64,000 nt of DNA, from contig NC_134036.1 in the NCBI RefSeq assembly GCF_964204645.1, positions 1,860,001 through 1,924,000 on the forward strand, read 5' to 3'. Both the position numbers and the translations under genes were made by a program. Under the pieces are notes generated by a model. It was not told the DNA's origin. It ran no database searches and saw only the letters and a list, made by a program, of their open reading frames with translations. The DNA is from Tubulanus polymorphus. Lineage: Eukaryota > Animalia > Nemertea. Below, piece after piece: positions 22,801-34,800 of the stretch (the first letter of the stretch is position 1; each line of letters begins with the position of its first letter).

Positions 22801-25800
22801 CTTTGGAAAGGTCTGTCCCTCGGAAAGAAAAGGTCTATTCAAGGAAAGACAGGTCTCCTCAAGGAATGAAAGGTCTCTCCCTCCAAAAGAAAGGTCTCCC
22901 TGGGAAAGAAAAGGTCTCCTCAAGGTCTCAAGGAAAGAAAGATATCTTCCTGGGAAAGAAAGGTCTCGAGGAAAGCAGCCAAGAACTAAGAAATTTTCAC
23001 CCGCTAAATTTCTATTTTCAGATTCGAAACGTTCGAAATTAACAGTTTCGAACAGTTCTGCATAAATTATGCAAACGAGAAACTGCAACAACAATTCAAT
23101 CGTCACGTGTTCATTCTGGAACAAGAGGAATATGATAAAGAACAGATCGAATGGTCGTTTATTGATTTCTACGATAATCAGCCGTGTATCGATTTGATAG
23201 AAGATCGACTCGGTATTTTAGACTTACTCGACGAGGAGTGCAAGGTAACAATAATCACTATTCACTTTTCTACAAATTACTGTAGAACAGACTATAGTTT
23301 ACTTATCTCTCAGGATAGACTATAGTTTATCAATTATTCATAACAGACTATAGTTTACCAATTATTCATAACAGACTACATCTTCACCCGTCAAGGGATT
23401 CGAACCCACTACGCTAAAGCTGTTCCCCGAACCCCTTGACATCACGAGTCGTTGGAGTCGTTACTAGCCGACCAGAATCCGGTCGTACCAATCGCAGCGC
23501 TTGTAACAAACCGACAGTAGACTTCTGTTGGTTTTCCCGTTAAATCGACCAATCAGCGAACGTTTTACCGAACAAGGAAGTATTTCGCAAATCGATATAT
23601 GACGTAATGCGCAATAGCGCCAGTAATGAAATCACGCTTCATGAGGCCAGGGGGCTGGTGGAAGTGAGTTCGGGAGTGATACTGGACCCCTGGCAAGCGA
23701 GGATGAACAGACTATAGTTTACCAATTATTCATAACAGACTTTAGTTTACCAATTATTCATAACAGACTATAGTTTACCAATTATTCAGAACAGACTATA
23801 GTGGTCCAAACACTCGGAACAGACTATAGTTTACCATGCACTCAGAACAGACTATAGGGGTCCAATTACTCTGAAAAGACTATAGTTTACCACTTCAGAA
23901 CAGACTATAGTGTACCCAATTTTTCAGAACAGACTCTAGTTCATAGACCTTAAACTACTATTTGTGAGTACTCTTATTAAGAGCTCAATTACTGAATTTG
24001 TTTTTTGGACCCACATCCACATCCAGGACTGACCCTGTTCAGCCTCTATCCACCCAGTTTGGTATCTATCCACCCAGTTCAGTATCTATCCACCCAGTTC
24101 AGTATCTATCCACCCTGTTCAGTATCTATCCACCCTGTTCAGTATCTATCCACCCTGTCTGATGTGTATTCACGAACCCAGTTCCACAGTTCAACATCCA
24201 AAAAATCAGTTTTAAAATTCTCGTGATTACGTTTTGCAGATGCCCCGAGGCTCCGATCAGAATTGGTGCGTGAAACTCTACGATAAACATATGAAAGCGC
24301 AACATTTCGAAAAACCGCGATTATCTCGCGAGGCTTTCATCGTGCATCATTTCGCCGATAAAGTCACGTATCAAATCAACGGATTTCTGGAGAAAAATCG
24401 AGATACGGTTCTATCAGAGCAGATTGATATACTTAAAGCTAGTCAGGTACGTTTGTTAGATTTCAATTCTTAGAAATAATGGGGCCTCGATGATGTCATA
24501 GGGGGATTTATGACATCAGCCATCTCTACTGACAGTTTCTATATCATCGCATCAATTTGATGATGTCATAGGGGGATTGATGAAGCTAGCCATCTTTTCT
24601 AGTAGTCTCCATATCATGGGGTGGCTGCCATCTTTTCTGGAAGTGTGTCTTTTAATCATGTCTGTATCACTACATCAATTTGATGATGATGATGTCATAG
24701 GTGGATTTATGGAAGCAGCCATCGGTTCTGGAAGTGTCTACCACGTAAGGATGTCATAGGGAAATTTATGGTGGCTGCCATCTTGAATAATCTATATTGT
24801 AGCATAAATTTGATGATATGATGAGGTAGTTAATGAAGGCTGTCATCTTTACTAGAAGTGTCTATATCACCACTTCAATTTGGTAATGTCATAGGGGAAT
24901 TTATGGTGGCTACCATCTTAGTGACATCAATTTTATGATGTTACGAGGAGATTTATGAAGGCATCCATCTTTTCTAGTAGTTTCTATATCACCACATAAA
25001 TTTGATGATGTCATAGGGGGATTTATGAAGGCTGCCATCTTTCCAAGGATATCAACTAAGATTGAAAAATGAGATAATATTGTTTTGTGTTTTTGTGGAT
25101 ATAGTTTCAGTTTGTAGCAGAGTTATTCGCCGAGGCGTCCGACGCGGCGCCCCTCGAACGGAAATACAGCCGCTCGTCTTCATTCTCTCTACAACCCGGG
25201 AAACCATCCCCGAAAAAAACTAATAAGTCGCACAAACAAACAGTCGGCTCACAGGTCTGTTCACAATCATTTATTTATTTTACAGGGCGCAGTTCCACAG
25301 TTGTGAGTTAGAGTTTTTAAACTCTGAGTTCAAATTAGTTCATTTTCGATGAGTTAAGTCTCAGAGTCAAATCTTAACTCAGAACTGTGGAACTGGACCC
25401 TGGGTTCTTGCAGATTAGAGAATTCTAGATTTATTTCCCTGCGCGAAGGAAATTCAGGGAATTCTGATTCTTGTCTTGAAAATCAGGGAAAATCATGTAT
25501 GGAATTTGACTATCTGGGGTCAGTTGCTGAAAAGTTGGTTAAAGATAACAACCGGCAGACAAATACCATGATAACAATACTTTCAATTGTCACTATGTCA
25601 GCTATCCACTGGTTAACTCTTTAACTTTTCAGTAACTGGAGCCCCTGATGTCTTATTTAATTGGTACAAGCTGAGTGTTTAGAATTCAGGAAAAATTTAT
25701 TGAATTCTGAGCCTTTCCTTGAAAAGCCACAGAATTTGAATGTTTTGGTATCATCTTGTTGTTCTTGCTGTTGACAAGTGGTACAAGGAACCTCTTGATA

Positions 25801-28800
25801 ACAAACAGCCCCCACTGAATCTTCTAATTCAATCAGGGAATTTTGGTCAAGGGTCAGAAAATTTTGGATTCCCAGATTTGTAAGAACCATGCCTTTATCA
25901 GTTTAATCAGCAGTAAAACATTTCAAAATCCGCTCTAATTCTGTAACCTCACGAATAATGATAATGAATTAATTTCTGAATAACAAATTTTCTTCCCCAC
26001 AATTAGAACTGCGGTTCTGACACATTAAAGCTGTCTGTAGGTGTACAGGTTTGTGTCATTTTAACTGTATTTGGGGTTGGCAACTGTGCAGTCAATATTC
26101 AACTTAACCCTTTCAGTGCTGACTGATTAATACCCTATAGTGCTGGAGATATTTTTGAAATTTTGAAAAATTCCACCCTAGTGTGTTGAATAACAGGAAT
26201 ACCACTATAGTGCGTCTACACCACGGTGCAGTGTATCATTAGTTACTAGTATTTCACTATGTTTGACAGGTGCTGCCATTTTTGAAGAGAGGTAATTACT
26301 AATTACTGATTACATCAATACACTGCAGTGCGGTGTACTAGCAAAATCCATCACTGATTTATACACTGCACTGCGGTGTAGACGCACTGAAAGGGTTAAG
26401 GGATATAGAGGTGATGTAGGAAATAGTAGCAGATGTGCAAAGCTAGAATATCGAAATGTACCTCAATATTACGATAGTTCAAAAAATGCTCGTTTTCATC
26501 GGGATAGACTTCTCAATGATACGTGTGAAAGACTTCTCAGAAACGGTGTACGGGATTTTTTTTACAAGATCTGGTGGCAGTTAATTTGATTCAGGGCCCG
26601 GATGCAAAGTCATGACTTAACTCTATGAGTAAACTTGAATTGTAACGCTGTTTCTCAGTTGTTGGATTCGCTTTAGAGAACCAAAATGAGCATAGACTGG
26701 TTTCAAATCTAATCCATGACTTAGCAACTGGCCCCAGAATTTACGTTGCAGAGCTCAGCTGAATTTAAAAATGTTGAAATGTTTTTTTTTTTTCCTTTCA
26801 CAGTTCCGTGATTCGTTGAAGCAACTAATGGGAACTCTTGGTAAGACGACCCCTCACTATATACGCTGCATCAAACCTAACGATGTGAAGGAGGCTTTCA
26901 CGTGAGTACCAATCACTTGAAACAAACTATAGTGTACCCATCTCTTAAAATATCTCGGAACAGACTATAGTTTACCTTAGCACTCGGAGCAGACTATAGT
27001 TTACCAATCACTCAGAACCGCCTAGTGTACCAAGCACTCAGAACAGACTATAGTGTATCAAGCACTCAGACCAGACTATAGTTAACCAAGTACTCAGAAC
27101 AGACTATAGTATGCCAATTACTCAGATCAGACTATAATTTACCAATCACTCAGAACAGACTATAGTTTACCAAGCACTCAGAACAGACTATAGTTTACCA
27201 AGCACTCAGAACGGACTATAGTGTACCCAACACTCAGAACAGACTATAGTTTACCCATCTCTCAGAACAGACTATAGTCTGATAAGCCCACTTCAATATG
27301 CAACTCAATGATTGTTTTTAATTTCAGATTTGAACCAAAGAGGGCGGTGCAGCAGTTGAGGGCTTGCGGTGTTCTGGAGACGATAAGAATCAGCGCGGCA
27401 GGTTACCCGTCCCGCTGGACGTACGCTGAGTTCATTCAAAGATATCGAGTTCTCGCCGTATCTCGAGATATCGTTAAAAACGATATGAAAAAATCATGCG
27501 CGAATATCATTGAGAAGCTGATCTCGGTAAGTGTCTGACCAGGGAGTTCAGGGTTAAAATCCTGGCAGGCCCAGTTTCACAGTCCTGACTTAAGATCCAC
27601 AGCCTGTTGAAAAAAAAAACTCTAGGGATTTAAGTTTGATATTGACGAAGTGCCTGGAAATTGCATTAGAAAATGCTCTGATATTCAAAGATTTTCCTGT
27701 GCCCTATTTTTGGCTTTATACGTCACTTGAGTGGATGTGGCTAACCATTTAGACAGTATTCCCATATTATTTCTCTATGCTCCTGTCAAACTCCACCCCT
27801 GTATCAGCTCCTAAAGTAAAGTTGACTAAAAAGTAACTACATTCAATTGACCTTGGTGAAAAGATCTCCATAACCTTCTCTGATTGTGAAATATAAACTT
27901 ATATCCATCTCCACTTTCAGGATCCCGACAAATTCCAGTTCGGTAAAACAAAGATATTTTTCCGCGCCGGCCAGGTGGCGTACTTTGAGAAGTTGCGCGC
28001 CGATAAACTGCGAACATGCGGTGTAATGATACAGAAACACGTCCGCGGTTGGTTACAACGCAGACGCTACCGGAAAATACTGAAAACTGTTTATTTGGTT
28101 CAACGTTACGGACGTGGACTTCTTGCGCGCAGGTAAGTGGACGCTGCATACCCTCCCCACTCTGGACCCTGCATAACCTCCACTCTGGACGCTGCATAAC
28201 CTCCCCACTCTGGACCCTGCATACCCTCCCCACTCTGGACCCTGCATAACCTCCCCACTCTGGACCCTGCATAACCTCCCCACTCTGGACGCTGCATACC
28301 CTCCCTGCTCTGGACCCTGCATAACCTCCCCACTCTGGACCCTGCATAACCTCCCCACTCTGGACCCGGCATAACCTTCCCGCTCTGGACCCTGCATAAC
28401 CTCAGATATTAGATATCAATAATCTTCCAATTTTTAATCATTCAGAATTCATATATTGTGTTCAGGACATCAGCTGAACTAAACCAACTACTCCAGGGGC
28501 CAGTTCCATAGTTAAGTCAAAGAGTGGTCTTCAATCTTAAGACTGGTCTGTAACTGTTGGATTAGCTGTAGAACTAAGATGGTCTTAGACTGGTGTTAAG
28601 TCTAAGCCAAGACTATGGAACTGGCCCCAGGGTCTCTACGACTCACTGATTCCTTGAAAAACTCCTTCAAAACGAAAAATGCTTTTAAAGCTGCTTGAAA
28701 CTCCTTTAATTTAGGCAAAATGTTAGAAGCTTCTTTAAAATTCCTTCAATTTTGATAACTAGGCAATTAGAAGTTTAGACTCTAACAGTACAGTTGGAAC

Positions 28801-31800
28801 CAGGATCTATTTGTCGCCCAATTTACGCAGTTACCTAAATAAGAAACAAAAATATTCTTACAAAACCACTGAATTATAACGGTTTACTGAAATAAACAGT
28901 ACCGATTTAGGAGGAGTCTACAGTGGTCGGGATGTGAAAGTAGTAATGGAGTTCAGCTTAGACTGAACAAAATATTCTAACCTTATTTCATTATTGCAGG
29001 AAAGCCAAGCGACTGCGCGAGACTGCGGCCGCCATTAAAATACAATCGTGTTACCGCGGATACCGACAATGGAAACGTTACGAGCGTATTCGAGCAGCCG
29101 TTCTCACGATACAGAGTTACGCTCGCGGAATGGCCGGAAGACATCGATACATGCAAGCGCGTTACGACGCCAAGGCGACCGTTATTCAGACTCGAGTTCG
29201 CGGTTGGCTCGGTAGGCGGCGCTATCGTAAATTCCTGTACGGACTGGTTAAACTACAGTCTCACGTACGACGACGTAAAGCTAAGAAAGAACTCAAACAA
29301 CTCAAGGTAAATTGTGTTTCTATGCCAACAGTTTGTCTACCTTTTAGCAATAGATGATTTTTCCGGATGGCAGGGTGGTGCCACTGACCTGGAAAACCTT
29401 GATAAATTAGAGAATCAGAAAATCTTGAAAAAAATCAGGGAATTCGATGAATTTCGCAAAAAGAAAATAACTAGAAAACTTGGGGAACTCGGATAATGCT
29501 ATTGACCGTGTGTTTCTTTATCAGTGCGTGATTCAATGAAAAATGAATGAATTGAAACATTTTAAACCAAGAAATTTCTCTGATTCATTCTGGGGGAATT
29601 GTGTGAAATCACATGGAAAAATCAGGGAAAACTAAGGATCCAGTTTCACAGTTCTGACTTAAGATTTGACTCCAAGTTAAAACATTAAAAATGATCTAAT
29701 TTCAACTCTAACAACTGCGGAACTGGGTCCAGGGGATTTGTAAATAAGTGGAAAGTAGCAAACCTGTTGGTGATTTGGCGATCATTTTCTCTACTCAGAT
29801 TGAAGCCAGGTCGGTTGATCACATTAAGAAGGTTAATCTCGGTTTGGAGAACAAGATAATTCAACTTCAACAACGTCTCGACGAAAGGGTAAGAATTTCG
29901 ATATCGTGGTTTAGAAATTGAAATTCTTTCTGAACCGTGGTATTCGAAATGTAGTTATTTCTGTACTACTCATAAGTACCGTGGTTCGAATAGAAATTCG
30001 ATTTTCAAACCGTCGAATTAGAAATCATGTTTAACTGATGCCTTGTACAAGTGGGCGTCTTGTTAGTCTCAAACTTCAAGGGCCAGTTGTTCAAAAGTAG
30101 AGATAACCGGTGGATAAATACCATAGTAACAATGCACTTTTAGTTGTCAACTATTCACTGGTTATCTCTAACCAATTTTTGAGCAACTGCAGCTCCTGAT
30201 GTCCGGCCCAAATTAGTCTGTTTCTGATCGTTTTTTTCTTTTGGAAATCAGGATTTTCTGGAATTTTTCATTCTTACAGAATAAACACATGAAAGCGGCC
30301 GAAGAGGAACAGCAAGAAATTCTAAAACGTGAAATCACGAACGTGCGCAAAGAGGAGTCGATCGCGTCCAATAAGGTTCGTTTAAAAGTGTCTATAATTT
30401 GATCAAAGAATAAACCCACTTTGATGACTAAAAATCAAGAACTTGTCGAAATGTCAACAAATGTCTATTTCAACTTGACTTGAGAGCACATCAGGTAGCT
30501 TAGCTCAGTCAGTTTTGGTATAACATACCTGATCTTAATAGGACCAGCAGAGATAGCAATGATGGGCAGTTGAACTAAAACATGGATTTTCAATACACTG
30601 TATTGAACGATTGCAAAAAAGTCTAGCAGGTCAACTGCCAGTCTATTCTGGTCTATTAAAGACCTGTATCAGGTATATACCACCAAAACTGACCGATCTA
30701 GGCCACATGATGTGCTCTCAAGCAAACTTGAAATATGTATTAGTCCCTTAGTTTGGTTTCTTGATAATTGAGCGTTTTTCTTCAATTCTCTAGGGCTAGG
30801 TTTCATAGATGATGAAGAAAAATAGTCCCTGGGAATATTTTGAAATTTGTCAGTTATAACCATGGTTTCCCATTGTAACTATGGCGGTTGTTACCCAGAT
30901 TGAGGATTTACCCCTAGGGATAACTTAGATACCCAGTCTATAAAACCAGGTCCAAGTTAAGGATTTATCCCTAGGGATAACTTAGATACCCAGTCTATGA
31001 AACCGGGCCCTGAAATACTTCTTCCAAATCATTCATCAGTTTATGAACTTCATGTTAACACACACGTATTATGTTTCCCCCGGCGACAGGTATCGGAGTT
31101 GTTGGAGCGTATAAAAGCGTTGGAGGCGGAGTTAGAGTCGGAGCGCGAAGAGAAACGCGATCTCGTGTCGGAGAAGGAAGAAATGGCGACGAATCACGCG
31201 AGAGTCCAAGCCTCGCTGAATGAGGATAAAATCAATTTGAAACAACAACTCGACGAAGCCAACAGACGACTACAGCTTAACGAAGGTACGATAAAAAAAC
31301 ATGGCCGCTTATGTTCTCATCACCCTATGACGTCATCAAATGGAACACGATGTAACTTTCCATTATCGATCCCCCTATGACATCATGAAGAAGATATCAA
31401 TCCCTGAAAAATGTATATTCATCACCTTATAATACAAACCCCTGAAATTGTGCTGCTTAACTTCATCACCTTATGACATCATTAGCCAATGGAACACGAT
31501 GTAAGTTTCCATCATCAATCCCCCTATGACATCATAAGGGAGATATGAATCCCTGAAACGGTAAATTCATCACCTTACAATACTAACCCCAGAAATATGG
31601 CTGTTTGAATTGATCACCCAATGACATCATCTGCAAATGGAACGTGATCTAGTCCCTACCAAAATCGTTATCTCTAGACTCCATCATCAATCCCCCTATG
31701 ACATCATGAAAAAGATATAAACTATGTAATATGGCTGCTTACATTCAACACCTTATGACCTTGATCTGTTAGTACATGTATAGACATATCCAGAAAGATG

Positions 31801-34800
31801 GCTACCTCTCCCTATGACATCATCAAATTGATGTGATGATGTAGACCTTTCATAAATATATTTGCCTCCCTAATTCCCCCTTTGACATCATAAATAACAA
31901 TATATATACTTCTACTCAAGCGATGTAAAGACAATTTCTAGTGAGTCATCAAAATCTCATCATGTTTTGTAGACTTGATAAAACAAAGCGGTAAAGAACT
32001 TGGTGCGAGTAATCTGCTACTGCAGGAGCTCGAGTCCGAGCGCGCCCATCATCAAAACCTCGTTAAAGACCACAGTCGTCTGCAGCAACGGTTCGAGAAC
32101 GTGCAAGAGGAATTACGGGTGATGTTAACGAAGAACGTCAGCGTTTCACGATCGGCTTCGAACGTCAGTAATATCAGCGATATCAGCGTAACGCCGTCGC
32201 TGCTCGACACCGATGAGAAATCGGACGCCGAGAAAGATTCATCGACCGAGAAAGAGAAAGATGTGAGTATGGAATAAACGGTGACCGGTCTCACCAGGGT
32301 CGACCGGTCTCACCAGGGTCGACCGGTCTCACCAGGGTCGGTCGGTCTCACCAGGGTCGGTCGGTCTCACCAGGGTCGTCACCTAGTCTCTTCAAAGAGT
32401 TAACCCTTCAAACTGTTTTAATTGTTGTACTTCGATTGGATATTTGAAATAACCAATAACAAGTAAACCAATGATATCAATTTTACTGTTTAGGAAAATT
32501 GGACCCAGCGGAAGATAAGTCAGACACGATTTCGACTTAAATTCTGGACAACAATATTTTCGAAATTCTTTTTACCGAAAGTTGATGTTTTTGCGAAATG
32601 TTGGCATCTCTGGTTCCACAGAACTCTAGAGTCAAACTGTGGAACTGTTGAACTGAGTCCTGTTTCAGAGAGGGACATGTTTTTAGCCTGGGCTCTTTGC
32701 AGAAATATATTTACCCATTCTTGATGAACTAATAATTGAATTTCACGTTTCAGGTGTCTCAGGCCGATCAGGGCTACGGTTCAGTGAGGGATAAACCTGA
32801 AACACGAGGCAACGTTCAACAAATAAACTGGCAAACATCGCCACCTGGTGAGACATCGACTGACGTGTTAACGCCACCTACACCTCCGGAGGTACAAGTC
32901 GAACCACCAGTTCCGGCGAAGGTAAGAATTAAAAATCTGTCCAAGGTCTGGTTTTGCAGTTGTGAGTTTGAACCAAAATCAGTTCATTTTCAATGAATTT
33001 TATGGCTTCATGTGATCTTTCTGGTAGTTTAAGCGTTTTTGACCTATAAACACTTTGTGCTACATAGTCTTTTTGATATAGCAAAATTATGATAAGAAAA
33101 ACGTCATTTCTCACGTTTTACACTGCATTTGGATGGATATCTGCTATTTCTGGTGGTTTAAACATTTCTGGCGGAGGGATTGATTTGATAACTCGATAAT
33201 CGTAGCTAATCTAACTGTAGCTAATGACTCTGTTTAACTTGTGCACTGTTTTATTCTCAGCCCCCTCACTCACTCTCTCTAACTCTATCTCACAGAGACG
33301 TAAAGATAGTGAGAATATCACTTTGATTTGTCAACTACAAAAACGTATCAAAGATTTAGAACGTGATAAACAGCGAGTGATGACCGAACTGGAACACATG
33401 ACTAATATTAAATCCCGGTCCCCGGTGGATGTGGACGATGCGTATGAGCAGATACGGGTAAGCACTAACACGCCATCTGGTGACTTAATCGAGTAACTAC
33501 CGTACAGCGCCACCTGGTGACAATTCATTCAGTCATTTCACTACCCTTCAATCATTAGCTTTGGGTGGTCACTTCTAAGCACCACCTGGTGACTGGATAA
33601 GTAACTTCTTTTATATCGCCCCACCTGGTGACTGATATAGATATTAACCGTTTGAAATATAACAAATAACGCCATCTGTTGAATGATTCATCAACTAAAT
33701 TTATCAACAAATCACAACGAAAACTAGGGCCATCTATTGACTTAATCAAGTACTAACTAATCAAATGTTGTTTCAGTTGCAAGAATTAGAAATGGAAAAT
33801 GCTAAACTGAAAGATGAACTGATGAAGTTGCGTAAGATGATCGCGGAGTACGGGAAACTCGGAGATGAATCGGGACGTTCCGAGAAAGAAGATTCTGCTG
33901 CTAAAGAGTTCATGGGTATGTTTCACCAGTAGAGGGCGCCGTAAAGCAATAACTTAGCTGAGTTGATTATAAGGACGCATGATTATGGTCCCCACCAGTA
34001 GGGGGCATTGCTAATCATTCACTTCTGTGGTTGATACTGTATATTAGTGATGAATAAATGGATGAATGTGTTAATCATGATCACCACCACTAGGGGGCGC
34101 CAGTTCTCTAGATGTTCAGACGAGATTCAGAAATAATGTAGGGGGCATTGCTCACCATTCGCTTTTGTAGATATTACTGGATATTTTGAAGTTATGAATA
34201 TGCTAATCAGGATCACTGCCAGTAGGGGGCGCCATAATCTGAAGATGTTCAGAAGAAATGATTTTAATATGTTTTCTTGCAGATCAATTTGAAGCGATGG
34301 CCGATGAGTTGGAACGTCGTAGGGAGGAATGTATCCAGTTGAGATCGGTCATAGCCGAACGTAGTCGCAGTATGTCACAGGTGGCGCAAGAGAACTACGG
34401 CAACGATCCTGATCTGATCAACGAGGACAACGAACTCGTAACGGCCTATAAAACACAGAAAATGATCAACAGGTACGCACGTGCGTGTGTGTACAATTAT
34501 CCCACTAGATGGCGTGCCTAGACTTATATTATAGTTCAGGTCTATTCCACTAGATGGCGTAATACGAATTTTCGCTTGCTTAAGCAGTCCTACTCTACAC
34601 TAGCGACACCTGGTGGATCCTCACTTACCACAGATGGAATCTTCCATTGCCGCAGTAGTTGATGTCCTACTGCACACTAGCGACACCTTGTGGATCCTTA
34701 CTCGCCACAAGTACTTGAATCCTTTATTGCTGCAGAAGTTGATGTCCTACTGCACACTAGCGACACCTGGTGGATCCTCACTTACCACAGATGGAATCTT

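Noticed and set aside
22657-23124. 104-155 aa ORFs
   Set aside because: They derive from the AAAGGTCTC intronic repeat.
23285-27280. CRISPR-like regularly spaced repeats
   Set aside because: Eukaryotic intronic minisatellites with no unique spacers and no cas genes.
27826-28397. Repetitive minus-strand ORFs ([12 protein letters not shown]...)
   Set aside because: 25-bp minisatellite plus the antisense of myosin exon 16.
33261-33295. Upstream acceptor for myosin V exon 23
   Set aside because: Phase 1 is incompatible with the phase-0 donor of exon 22, so 33296 was chosen.
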